From NCBI GenBank assembly GCA_053919585.1, contig CM132799.1: DNA of 64,000 nucleotides; one strand, 5' to 3'. The stretch's first letter is position 1. Every line of letters starts with the position of its first letter. The notes beneath the pieces were generated by a model. The model was not told where the DNA came from and searched no databases. It saw nothing but the letters and a program-made list of their open reading frames with translations. A program made the position numbers and the translations under genes. Source of the stretch: Euprymna scolopes. Its lineage: Eukaryota. Below are positions 1-14,200 of the stretch, piece by piece.

Positions 1-1840
1 TGTCAGGCGTAAGTAGTTTTCTAGCACGGTAGAGGGAGCCAACCTTCCTTGCAGCAGCCTTGGCAATGCTCTCAATGTATATATTCCAGTTCATATTCCC
101 TGTAAACGTTAGGCCGAGGAGTTTAAAAGAAGTACTTTCAGGCAATGTGTTCTTGGCCATTGCTATTGGTGGTAGAGAAGGTTTCTTGTAGTTATTGAAG
201 GAAACAAGCTTAGTCTTAGCAGCATTGAATGAGACCAACCATTTTTGTCCCCATTCCACTACGGATTGGAGGTCATCCTCTAGTGTTTCTGCCATTTTCT
301 TGGATATGTGTTCATTTGTTTTCCCCTCATATCTGTTATAGAGAGTGGTGTCATCGGCAAATATACCCATCTCCGAAACAATATTATCAGGGAGGTCGTT
401 TATGAATATCAGGAACAATAGAGGTCCAAGGATAGACCCCTGAGGCACTCCCGCATTTATGTCATATTGTTTGGATGACGTCCGTCGAGGACAACTTTGA
501 TTTTTCTATTACTTAATAAGGATTTAATTACGTTATGAATTCTTCCAGTGATTCCATACGATCTAATTTTCCTTAGAAGACCATCGTGCCATACCCTGTC
601 AAAAGCCTTAGATATATCAAGGGCCACCGCTCTACCCTCCCCTGTTTTATCCAATGAACGGTATATACGTTCAGAAACTACAGTTAAGATATCTGCTGTT
701 GAACGGGCTTGCCTGAATCCATATTGTTTGTCAGTCAGGAGTTTAGCAGCTGTTAGGTGCTGGACTAGGACTTGATTAACTAAGGACTCAAATATTTTGG
801 CGAAAAGCGGGAGGAGGCTAATGGGGCGATAATTTAGTGGGTCAGTTCTTTCACCAGAATTCTTGAAGACTGGTACCACAGAGGCGGTTTTCCAGCAGTC
901 GGGAAAACAAGATTCGTTAAGGCATTTATTGTAAAGTTTGGACAGAACTGGAGCAACCTAGGCAGAGCATTTTTTTAATAGCACAGCCGGGATGAGATCT
1001 GGTCCACATGCTTTAGAGGTGTCTAGGTTTTTTATAATAGCATGTACCTTAGAAGGGGTGATTTTCAAATCGTCAAGTGTGGCGTCTGTTCGCAGAGGAA
1101 AATCAGGGAGTGAGTGGTGTACCGAGTTCAGTGTGGAGTTTGAGGCAAACCGACTGGCAAGCAGATTGGCCTTGTCAGTTGCCGTGCAAGCAACCTCATG
1201 ATTGTTTGTTAGTGGGGGAATAATTGACTGTCCATTATAAATTACGCTGTTGTAGATTTTCCAAAAATCCCGGGTTCCTAATTTCTGTGCTTCGATGCGC
1301 TTTCTGGTGGTTTCAGAGTAATCTGACTTAGCTGTGTCTATCACTCTCTTACAATTATTTCTAGCTTCTATAAACTTCTGTTTATTTGAGCTGGACTTAT
1401 GTCGGTTGAATCTGCTGCCTTTGACAAATGGCAGCTGCACAAGCAGAAGTAAACCATTGGGGGGAGTGGGGCTTGATATAGTATTTCCGTGCGGGAACAT
1501 GTGCTTCAATAGCAGTTTTGAACCATTCAGTTGTCTCATTTGCACACTGTTCCGCTGGAAGAGTAAGGATATTTTGCCATGGGGCATCTCTGATGAGCTC
1601 CCTGATGGCTTCCCAATCAGCCTTTTTGTAATACCTCGTTGTTTTGAGTAGTGGGTCTTCAGTTTTTCTTAAAGATATTAAATCCACTGTTATGAGGGCA
1701 ATAGAGGGCAAATATAAACGCAATGGTGTGAGCAAGTGCAATCCGAAAGCACATATAGGGCAATTTAGGGTCTTCTCTGGAGATGTCATAGGCACATATT
1801 CCATGCCCATGGGAATCTTGGGGGACAGATTTGGATGTTA
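1..1840 (-). mobile_element. CR1-clade LINE (subfamily A), decayed ORF2 (partial endonuclease plus reverse transcriptase), runs off the window edge
   Basis: Minus-strand RT motifs NYRPISLLP, QYGFRQARST, ALDISKAFDRVWH, GVPQGSILGP and FADD (~350-361) are split over several frameshifted ORFs (457-879, 958-1587, 1397-1810). Part of the APE region is deleted relative to the 40916-44231 copy. Confidence 0.92.
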
Positions 1841-2742
1841 AATAGAATTAATATTAAGAAAAATTCAAAATAAGGGCGTATTATTTACTTATATATGTGC
1901 TATAGAAGCTAAAGAGAGTCCAACATGTGCAATCAGATATTGGTCCTCTTCGTTTTAGATTTGAAACCGACGGTAGCGATGTTCCACGGTTTTCTGTNNN
2001 NNNNNNNNNNNNNNNNNNNNNNNNNNNNNNNNNNNNNNNNNNNNNNNNNNNNNNNNNNNNNNNNNNNNNNNNNNNNNNNNNNNNNNNNNNNNNNNNNNNN
2101 NNNNNNNNNNNNNNNNNNNNNNNNNNNNNNNNNNNNNNNNNNNNNNNNNNNNNNNNNNNNNNNNNNNNNNNNNNNNNNNNNNNNNNNNNNNNNNNNNNNT
2201 ATATGTGTGCGTGTGTGTGCACAAATGAAACATCTTGATGCCCTGATGTGGAAAAGTTCGGAGTTCCTCAGATATGATAACTGAAGCGTAAAAAGTAGAG
2301 TTAATGGCGGCGCATAAGTGTTTTCATGCAGTTGATTTGAGAATGACTCTTCAAGACAATGAGGACATTAGCGTACACGGCAACAACATGTTTTCTTTGT
2401 TGATCCGAGAAAGACAATATTATCTGAGGTTATTTTTGAGACATGAATAACACCCGTTAGCTTCATTCTTTTTCTTTTTCACGGATGATTGTGCAGAGAC
2501 ATCCACGATGCTTTTAGATGTAGCGTATACGCACTGAAGCGTGATATATATGTAATGTATTTGTAATAGAGGACATAACTATGTTATGGACTGAGGAATG
2601 ATTATTTACTGAGACGCTCAATCAACCGTTCAGAGCAGTTAAGACAATAGTTGGAAATGGAGAAATAGGTAAGAATTAGTTCTGGTAATAGAATAAATGA
2701 GTCAGCCTATACGGCATCGTAATTTATTATTTGATCTCTCCC

Positions 2743-2749
2743 TATATAC

Positions 2750-2815
<66 letters not shown>
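2743..2815. repeat. (TA)n microsatellite
   Basis: Direct reading. Confidence 0.95.
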
Positions 2816-3119
2816 TTGTTTTTTTGTGTATTGATATTCATATTAAAACCCCTTTTTCCTATTTATTTAAAATGAAAATACAACTTTGTTATATATGGGT
2901 CGTGGAATTGCATTCATCTACAAAAGGTATAGCTAATTTGCATATTCCTTTAAACATTCATTTATATTTATTCCCTATTAGTGTTTTTTTTTTCGGTTTT
3001 CTCATGGGATGATCATCTTTAGTTAACAATTACGTGTAATTATATTCATGCAGATATTCTACATGATTTATACTTGCGTAATATTTGCGTAAAAAGATGA
3101 AAGAAAACACAAACCTCTT

Positions 3120-3606
3120 TCTATATATATAGTTATGTATGCATATGTATATGTGTTTAAAATTTTGTCTACCAAACTCCTCTGTCAGTTTCTTAGCCTA
3201 CAGACATGAAACTTAATATATAGGATATTCGAACCCATGCGAAACTTTATATTTTGTTTTTAGCAAGGGAAAATCGATGCAAAAGGATGAAAATGGAAAA
3301 AAAATGGATTTGCTAGGTGAAGATCAAACGATGGCGTAACGTAATAGCTATTGGTTCATGTTCCAGTTTTTAGTCTTGCAGCAAACATGTCTTCTCAGGG
3401 ATTAACGTCAAAAGATAAAGTAAACCATAAGCTAAACGTTTTAGTTTCAATTCTCGGCGGTGGCGCACGAGTCACTTTTTTTTTTACTTTTTAACTCATT
3501 ACTATATATTGGGCCCAATATAATATAATAATAAATACAAAATTTGCATAAATCAAAATATCATATTTAAGCGTATTTTACGACCGGGCTATGCCAGGTA
3601 TTCTGC

Positions 3607-3609
<3 letters not shown>
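3120..3609 (+). mobile_element. Degenerate non-autonomous Helitron
   Basis: Starts TCTATATATATA. Ends with a GC hairpin (ACCGGGCTATGCCAGGT) followed by CTAC (variant of CTAG) and then T. Same architecture as 45245-47571 and 57298-57733. Confidence 0.6.
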
Positions 3610-3648
<39 letters not shown>

Positions 3649-3651
<3 letters not shown>

Positions 3652-3980
3652 AAGAGAGTCAACACTGATCAAGGCTTGAGGGCCACTCGAGAATAAGAGT
3701 CACTGAATGTAAGGTTGTACTGTAATAATCGTTAATGATATAGATTGGGTGAATTTGGTTTATTTAAGATGGCGGCTTAACTAGAACTTGTTTACATTGA
3801 ACTTGAACGCTATCATATTGTAATCGACCGGGAAACAGGCAAGTGGAACAGTGTTCCACGGACGGGCAGTTCTAAGAAATAAACTTTGCTCATGGAATCT
3901 GCGTTTAGATTTAGGCACAGATAGAGCGTGGGAGAAATTGTTGATAGTGGCTGTAGCTAGTTGAGTGTTTTTTGTGAAAG
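3649..3980 (-). mobile_element. CR1-clade LINE 3' fragment (subfamily B)
   Basis: Clearly similar to the 3' end of the 40916-44231 element (shared CTTTGYTCATGGAATCT and GGCACAGATARAGYGTGG motifs); abuts a (TG)n tract. Confidence 0.8.
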
Positions 3981-6183
3981 CTTATGCATAGATATATGTT
4001 TATTTATACAAACATTGTGAGGTTCATATATGCATGCATGTTTCCGTAGCGATCTTTTTGCAGCGATCCCACATTGTCAGGCTACAGAAAAAATATCATT
4101 CTACGGACTCAGTTAAAGAACATTTATATATATATATATAAAAAAGGTTTTATCGAGAGAGAAAAAGAGGGACAAGGAAACTACTATAATTGGAAGAGAG
4201 TAGAGGTAAGAAAGAGTGAAAACGTGTAGAGACGGAGAGGCCAGCAGTAAGTCGCTCAGTCCATCGCTAGAACAAGTGTTTAGGATTGGTATATCAAGTT
4301 ACCCTTTTATTATTGGCTGGTTATAGGAATCTCTAGCTTCAAGTCGCTTTTTGGCCTCGATCCACTTTTATGTTTAAAGAAACGTGTATATATATGTATA
4401 TAATTAAACGTAAATATGAATATATCTACATATACCCTCCCACGTCTTTGCACGCCCACACATATACACGCATACCTCTGTGCTAAGATATACAACATTC
4501 ATATACGTCATCCAGTCTATAGAGTCTGTGTGCGTTCGCATTACCAAGAGTCAATTTGTTTTATTTGATTTCTTAATATTATATTAAACCTTACAGCTAA
4601 TATGATTTATAAGAAGCTATCGTTCCCTCCAACTGCGTAGCAATACATATTCACAACATAGATGCGTGCAAACAAGTATCTACATATGCAAACACCTATG
4701 TATGTAACAAATAAATCTAATGCATACATATATACAGAGATATCATTTATGTTTCTGTTTTATCAAATAAATTTTTTTGTTAGTATTTAGTATGTTTCTT
4801 ATATTTGTTATTCTTTATATTCATGCTGTGTTTAAATTGTTTTTTTTTCTTGTTTTGTTGTTTTTATTCTATAGGGGTGAACTTGTAAATTAGGGATCGA
4901 TGTTTTACTTCGCTATTAAAATCTTGTAACTGTTTTGATAAGGTGTTTATATATAGACTACGTGTGTCAGGTATCGCATATGAGGATCATATATATTTCA
5001 ATCCAAGCTAATTCGCTATATTTTGTTATTAGGTATACTGAATCTATATCATTGGTATTAGTATTATTATATATCATTGATGCCGTTACGTAATCTGTTG
5101 TTATTATACCAGGCAAGAAGGAGTGGTTTCCTTTCCATTACCCAATAACACAGTTAATCAACCGAGGACTACATCACTCTATATAAAAGCATATATCAAC
5201 GGATACACACTCGAGAGTCAAAACAATGAAAAGATTGTGCTGTTGTCCTAGCCTTACTAATAACTAAGTTTTACAATTTTATCTGTGGGTTAATTTAATT
5301 TACGATCTACGTCGTACTGATCATACATTGTATTTCTGATCTCACCTTTTTTATATAAGGGTATGAGAGGAGGGAGGAGTTGAGAATTTGAAAACATTGC
5401 TACTGGATGGATTATATTTGGTATAATTATAGTTAGTTTAATGTATATCCTTTAAAATGCTTACAAAAAATTGTCTATTCTAATTTGATGATTAATATTT
5501 TTTTACGATCCTTAAAACGAACATTTCAATTTTTTTCATTGAGTCATAAAAACAAGGTTAGTCTTCCTTAGCAGTTTCTATTCATCTATAGGGATGCTGA
5601 TTAATTTCCAGTAATGCACGATGAATGAAGTGTCCTCATAATATTTAATGTAATGCCTTAAAAGTGTGTGTCGATAGAGCCTATTTTAAAATATCATACT
5701 TGTGCTCCCTATGTAATATTTTTAATATTTGGATTTTCCACCGTATATATTTTAGTTTGGTATACCACCGAATATATAAGATATTAATTTATTAGTAGGT
5801 ATTTATTCGGTCTTTGGGAATCACAGGTTGCTATTATCATTAGTATCTCTGGTTAAATTATTACTCTTCAATAATTTGTTATTGTTTTTTATGATAAGTT
5901 CAATGTTGCATATAGCTTAATTTTAGGGTATTACCGTTAAAGATTCCATGTAAAGCTTTACCTGCTGGGATGTGTTTACTTATAAAGTGTAGAAACGTGT
6001 TACCTAGTTTTATTTTATGCATTAGTTTGAAGAGGAGAGTAAGCCAGATTATCTTCCTACCTCGATTACAGGATCTTTTTTTTTTAATTAATATTGCTAT
6101 TTACATATTTAATCTCAACGTCTTTGTAATCACTATTCCTAAGTACATTGTTAGATATATTTTTTATCGATTGAACTTTATTA

Positions 6184-6560
6184 ATAATACTTATCCCCTA
6201 AATTTTAAACAGTTGTCTACCTTAAGTTTTGAAACTGAAAAATATTTGTAAGCATGGTTGTAATTATAGGAAATAAAATAAAGCGTAGCAGTTTGCTATA
6301 TACTCTTTAGTTTCGTATTCTCTCAATTAGGAAGTGTTTTGACAAGCAAAATTTGTCTAATTAAATATAAGCATCTTAATGATAATACTTTTAAAAATAT
6401 CCTCTAAATTTTTAACAGTTTTCTCCCTGTAGTTTTGAAACTAAAATCCGGAAGCACAGCTATAATTATAGAAGATGAAACACGTAATGTTAAATATTAA
6501 TACATCCTTGTCAAACTAAAAATACTTCAGTATTCTCTCTTATAACATCTTAATTATATC
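6184..6560. repeat. Degenerate ~200-bp tandem duplication
   Basis: ATAATACTT...TAAATTTT.AACAGTT...AGTTTTGAAACT...TAATTATAG recurs at ~6184 and ~6382. Confidence 0.6.
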
Positions 6561-7413
6561 TCGAATCAATAAGTTTATTTTTAGCTCTTAAACATTTCCA
6601 TTCATTCTCACCTGATTTCATCCTTTAAAGCATAAAAAAATTTGGTGTTGTTTGGTTTGTTCCGAGGAAAATATTAAGTGTCTCTGATTAGTTGTTTGGT
6701 GTTCGTACGCCATTCATATATATATACATATAAAAAAGGAATTACAGTTAAGTTTATTTATCAAAATAATCCAAGATGGCAAAACTAAAGTATATTATAA
6801 ATATTCAAGGGTTAATATTTATAAACTAATCTCACCCAGATGAAAAAGACCGATAAAACCAAATAGGAAATGGAGCTTATAATAAGAAATAGAGTTTATA
6901 ATAAAATTAAATATGTTTTTAACTCTTTATCAAAGTGTTTTTAACATGTTNNNNNNNNNNNNNNNNNNNNNNNNNNNNNNNNNNNNNNNNNNNNNNNNNN
7001 NNNNNNNNNNNNNNNNNNNNNNNNNNNNNNNNNNNNNNNNNNNNNNNNNNNNNNNNNNNNNNNNNNNNNNNNNNNNNNNNNNNNNNNNNNNNNNNNNNNN
7101 NNNNNNNNNNNNNNGATGAAAAAAATCAAATAAAGTGCTCGATCATGGATGTGAGAGCTGAAGATACAAATATTTATTTCAAAACTATATATACGTATTT
7201 CAAAGGTGTACCAGTGGTTTCATAGCGTTAAATTAACCATAAGAGGCTGAATGTACTCAACCCAAATTCATCAGAGACTTTGAAAAGGCGAAACAACGCA
7301 AAGTAAACAAACAGAAAAAAACCCGTTTAACGGGCGTTTTAACTCGGAGTTCCTGATTTTAAAATAGACCTTAGTAACCGACGCTAAAAGACCTTAGTAA
7401 CCGACGCTAATAG

Positions 7414-7415
<2 letters not shown>

Positions 7416-7487
<72 letters not shown>
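7416..7487. repeat. Compound (CT)n(AT)n microsatellite
   Basis: Direct reading. Confidence 0.95.
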
Positions 7488-7489
<2 letters not shown>

Positions 7490-7630
7490 GGAAAAGAAAG
7501 AATTTTCTGTTTGCTATGTTTGTTTTGGGCCCATTAAGGAAAATTTGCGTATATCAATAATGTATTCAATTGTAAGAAAGCATCTCAAGCATAAATTAAA
7601 ACAGTAAAAAATAATTTCACTCAAATGAAT

Positions 7631-8096
7631 CCGAGGGTCTAGCAAATTGCATTTTTATGATGACTCAACTTATGCATAACCTGAAAGTTTGATCTCTCAC
7701 GGAATGAAACTCTAGGAAAACAACCCCTGTCATAGAAATGCGTTAGAATCAGAGATGCGTCATTGAATTTCTCCATTTAGAAAAAATTGAACCGATGGAC
7801 ATTCAAAACCGCCTGATGAATGTTTATGAAGCCGATGCAGTTGATGTCAGCATAGTAAGGAGACGGGTTCGTCGATTTTAGAGTGGCGACAGAGATGTGA
7901 GTGACCAATTGCATTTTGCACGAACATACACAGGCATCACCCCATCACTGGCAAAGTGCATTAACAATGACGGTGACTATGCAGAAGAATAAATAAAACA
8001 GCATAAAAGGTCGCTTGTTTACATGATATCCTTCTCGTCTGCATAATTTTTAGTTAAAAAAAAATAAGATGCATTGATTTTGGAATAAACCTTGTA
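7631..8096 (+). mobile_element. Internally deleted mariner transposon remnant
   Basis: Translates as QRCVIEFLHLEKIEPMDIQNRLMNVYEADAVDVSIVRRRVRRF*SGDRDVSD (mariner HTH), joined directly to the C-terminal KCINNDGDYAEE*. Ends in a TIR-like ...AAACCTTGTA. Confidence 0.8.
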
Positions 8097-8210
8097 ACAT
8101 CTATCCTACTGTCATTATACTTACCTTTCAGGCATTCCCTTCACTATTTTGATACTGTTGTTACTATAAAATTACTGCAGAAATTTGTCTTTATAACCAG
8201 GTTTCAGGAT

Positions 8211-11200
8211 AATTATCAGCATCACCTACACCACCAAAACTATCAGCATCATCTACACAACCAAAATTATCAGCATCACCTACACCACCAACATAACCAG
8301 CATCATCTACACTACGAAAACTATCAGCATCATCTACACTACCAACACTATCAGCATCACCTACACAACCAACACTATCAGCATCATCTACACTACCAAC
8401 ACTATCAGCATCATCTACACCACCACAATTATCAGCATCACCTACACCATCAAAACTATCAGCATCACCTACATTATCAAAACTATCAGCATCATCTACA
8501 CTACCAAAACTATCATCATAAGCTACACCACCAAAACTATCAGCATCATCTACACTACCAAAACTATCATCATCACCTACACTACCAAAACTATCAGCAT
8601 CACCTACACCACCAAAACTATCAGCATAATCTACACTACAAAAACTATCATCATCACCTAAACTACCAAAACTATCAGCATCACCTACACCACCAAAACT
8701 ATCAGCATCATCTACACTATCAGAATTATCAGCATCACCTACACCACCAAAGCTATCAGCATCACCTACACCACCAAAATTATCAGCATCACCTACACCA
8801 TCAAAATTATGAGCATCACCTTTACTATCAAAACGATCAGCATCACCTACACCACCAAAATTATCAGCATCACCTACACTATCAAAACTATCAGCATCAC
8901 CTATACTACCAAAACTATCAGCATCACCTACACCACCAAAACTATCAGCATCATCTACACTACCAAAACTATCAGCATCACCTACACCACCAAAACTATT
9001 AGCATCACCTACACCACCAAAACGATCAGCATCACCTACACCACCAAAACTATCAGCATAACCTACACTATCAAAACTATCAGCATCACCTACACTATCA
9101 AAACTATCAGTATCACCTACACCACCAAAAATATAACATCATCTACACTACCAAAACTATCAGCATCACCTACACCACCAAAACTATTAGCATCACCTAC
9201 ACTACCAAAACGATCAGCATCACCTACACCACCAAAATTATCAGCATCACCTACACTATCATAAATATCAGCATCACCTACACTACCAAAACTATCAGTA
9301 TAACCAACACCACCAAAAATATCAGCATCATCTACACTATCAAAACTATCAGCATCACCTACACCACCAAAACTATTAGCATCACCTACACCACCAAAAC
9401 TATCAGCATAACCTACACCACCAAAACTATCACAATCACCTACACAACCAAAATTATCAGCATCACCTACACCACCAAAACTATCAGCATCACCTACACT
9501 ACCAAAACTATCAGCATCACCTACACAACCAAAATTATCAGCATCACCTACACCATCAAAACTATCAGCATGTTCTTCACTACAAAACTATCAGCATAAC
9601 CTACACTACCAAAACTATCAGCATCACCTACACTATCAAAACTATCAGCATCACCTACACCACAAAAACTATCAGAATCACCTACACTACCAAAACTATC
9701 AGCATAACCTACACCACCTAAACTATAATCACCTACACCACCAAAACTATCAGCATCAACTACACCACCAAAACTATCATCATAACCTACACCACCAACA
9801 CTATCAGACTCACCTACACCACCAAAACTATCAGCATCACCTACACTACCAAAACTATCAGCATCACCTACACCACCAAAACTATCAGCATAACCCTCAC
9901 CACCAAAACTATCAGCATCACCTACACCACCAAAATTATCAGCATCACCTACACCATAAAACTATCAGCATCACCTTCACTACACATCTATCATCATCAC
10001 CTACACCCCCAAAACTATCAGCATCACCTACACTACCAAAACTATCAGCATCACCGACACTACCAAAACTATCAGCATCACCTACACTACCAAAACTATC
10101 AGCATCACCTACACTACCAAAACTATCAGCATCACCTACACTACCAAAATTATCAGCATCACCTACACCACCAAAACTATCAGCATCACCTACACTATCA
10201 AAACTATCGGCATGACCTACACCACAAAAACTATCAGCATCACCTACACTACCAAACCTATCAGCATCACCTACACTACCAAAATTATCAGCATCACCTA
10301 CACTACCAAAACAATCAGCATCACCTATACTACAAAAACTATCAGCATCACCTACACTACCAAAACTATCAGCATCACCTACACTACCAAAACGATCAGA
10401 ATCACCTACACCACCAAAACTATCAGCATCACCTACACTACCAAAACTATCAGCATCACCTACACTACCAAAACTATCAGCATCACCTACACTACCAAAA
10501 TTATCAGAATTACCTACACCACAAAAACTATCAGCATCACCTTCACTATCAAAACCATCAGCATCACCTACACCACCAAAGCTATCAGCATCACCTACAC
10601 TACCAAAACTATCAGCATCACCTACAAAACCAAAACTATAAGCATGACCTACAAAACCAAAACTATCAGCATCACCTACACTACCAAAATTATCAGCATC
10701 ACCTACACTACCAAAACTATCAGCATCACCTACACTACCAAAACTATCAGCATCACCTACACTACCAAAACTATCAGCATAACCTACACTACCAAAACTA
10801 TCAGCATCACCAACACTACCAAAACTATCAGCATCACCTACACCACCAAAACTATCAGACTTAACCTACACCACCAAAACTATCAGCATCACATACACCA
10901 CCAAAATTATCAGCATAACCTACACAATCAAAACTATCAGCATCACCTTCACTACAAAACTATCAGCATGACCTACACCACCAAAACTATCAGCATCACC
11001 TACACCACCAAAACTATCAGCATCACCTACACTACCAAAATTATCAGCATCACCTACACTACCAAAACAATCAGCATCACCTACACTACCAAAACTATCA
11101 GCATCACCTACACTACCAAAACTATCAGCATCACCTACACTACCAAAACGATCAGCATCACCTACACCACCAAAACTATCAGCATCACCTACACTACCAA

Positions 11201-14200
11201 AACTATCAGCATCACCTACACTACCAAAACTATCAGCATGACCTACACTACCAAAATGATCAGAATCACCTACACCACAAAAACTATCAGCATCACCTTC
11301 ACTATCAAAACCATCAGCATCACCTACACCACCAAAGCTATCAGCATCACCTACACTACCAAAACTATCAGCATAACCTACAAAACCAAAACTATCAGCA
11401 TCACCTACACTATCAAAACTATCAGCATCACCTACACCACCAAAACTATCAGCATCACCTACACTACAAAAACTATCAGCATCACCTTCACTATCAAAAT
11501 TATCAGCATCACCTACACTACCAAAACTATCAGCATAACCTACACCACAAAAACTATCAGCATCACCTACACTACCAAAACTATCAGCATAACCTACACC
11601 ACAAAAACTATCAGCATCACCTACACTACCAAAACTATCAGCATCACCTACACCACCAAAACTATCAGCATCACCTACACTACAAAAACTATCAGCATCA
11701 CCTTCACTACCAAAACTATCAGCATCACCTACACTACCAAAACGATCAGCATCACCTACACCACCAAAACTATCAGCATCACCTACACTACCAAAACTAT
11801 CAGCATCACCTACACTACCAAAACTATCAGCATCACCTACACTACCAAAATTATCAGAATCACCTACAACACAAACACTATCAGCATCACCTTCACTATC
11901 AAAACCATCAGCATCACCTACACAACCAAAGCTATCAGCATCACCTAAACTACCAAAACTATCAGCATCACCTACAAAACCAAAACTATCAGCATCACCT
12001 ACACTATCAAAACTATCAGCATCACATACACTACCAAAACTATCAGCATCACCGACACTACCAAAACTATCAGCATCACCTACACTACCAAAACTATCAG
12101 CATCACCTACACTACCAAAACTATCAGCATCACCTACACTACCAAAATTATCAGCATCACCTACACCACCAAAACTATCAGCATCACCTACACTATCAAA
12201 ACTATCAGCATGACCTACACCACAAAAACTATCAGCATCACCTACACTACCAAAACTATCAGCATCACCTACACTACCAAAATTATCAGCATCACCTACA
12301 CTACCAAAACAATCAGCATCACCTATACTACCAAAACTATCAGCATCACCTACACTACCAAAACTATCAGCATCACCTACACTACCAAAACGATCAGCAT
12401 CACCTACACCACCAAAACTATCAGCATCACCTACACTACCAAAACTATCAGCATCACCTACACTACCAAAACTATCAGCATCACCTACACTACCAAAATT
12501 ATCAGAATCACCTACACGACAAAAACTATCAGAATCACCTTCACTATCAAAACCATCAGCATCACTAACACCACCAAAGCTATCAGTATCACCTACACTA
12601 CCAAAACTATCAGCATCACCTACAAAACCAAAACTATCAGCATCACCTACAAAACCAAAACTATCAGCATCACCTACACTACCAAAATTATCAGCATCAC
12701 CTACACTACCAAAACTATCAGCATCACCTACACTACCAAAACTATCAGCATCACCTACATTACCAAAACTATCAGCATAACTTACACTACCAAAACTATC
12801 AGCATCACCTACACTACCAAAACTATCAGCATCACCTACACCACCAAAACTATCAGCATCACCTACACCACCAAAATTATCAGCATCACATACACCACCA
12901 AAATTATCAGCATAACCTACACAATCAAAACTATCAGCATCACCTTCACTACAAAACTATCAGCATGACCTACATCACCAAAACTATCAGCATCACCTAC
13001 ACCACCAAAACTATCAGCATCACCTACACCACCAAAACTATCAGCATCACCTACACTACCAAAGCTATCAGCATCACCTACACTACCAAAACTATCAGCA
13101 TCACCTACACCACCAAAACTATCAGCATCACCTACACTACCAAAACTATCTACATCACCGACACTACCAAAACTATCAGCATCACCTACACTACCAAAAC
13201 TATCAGCATCACCTACACTACCAAAACTATCAGCATAACCTACACTACCAAAATTATCAGCATCACCTACACCACCAAAACTATCAGCATCACCTTCATT
13301 ATCAAAACTATCAGCATGACCTACACCACAAAAACTATCAGCATCACCTACACTACCAAACCTATCAGCATCACCTACACTACAAAATTATCAGCATCAC
13401 CTACACTACCAAAACTATCAGCATCACCTACACTACCAAAACTATCAGCATCACCTACACTACCAAAACTATCAGCATCACCTACACTACCAAAACGATC
13501 AGCATCACCTACACCACCAAAACTATCAGCATCACCTACACTACCAAAACTATCAGCATAACCTACACCACCAAAACTATCAGCATCACCTACACCACCG
13601 AAACTATCAGCATCACATACACCACCAAAATTATCAGCATAACCTACACAATCAAAACTATCAGCATCACCTACACCACCAAAACTATCAGCATCACCTA
13701 CACCACTAAAACTAACAGCATCTACTACACCACAAAGACTATCGGCATAACCTACACTACCAAAACTATCAGCATCACCTACACCACCAACCCTATCAGC
13801 ATCACCGACACTACCAAAACTATCAGCATCACCTACACTACCAAAACTATCAGCATCACATGCACTACCAAAAATATGAGCATCACCTACACTACCAAAA
13901 CTATCAGCGTAACCTACACTACCAAAACTATCAGCATCAGCTACACTACCAAAACTATCAGCATCACCTACACCACCAAAACTATCAGCATCACCTACAC
14001 TACCAAAACTATCAGCACCACCTACACTACCAAAAATATCAGCATCACCTACACTACAAAAATAATCAGCATCACCTACACCACCAAAACTATCAGCATC
14101 ACCTTCACTATCAAAACTATCAGCATCACCTACACCACCAAAACTATCAGCATCACCTACACTACCAAAACTCTCAGCATCACCTACACAACCAAAACTC

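Noticed and set aside
1881-2284. ORFs containing X runs (also near 6913, 40248, 44786, 48102, 52418, 54571)
   Set aside because: Artefacts of translating N gaps.
2235-2450. Possible mariner-derived MITE
   Set aside because: No convincing TIR pair or coding motif could be identified by eye.
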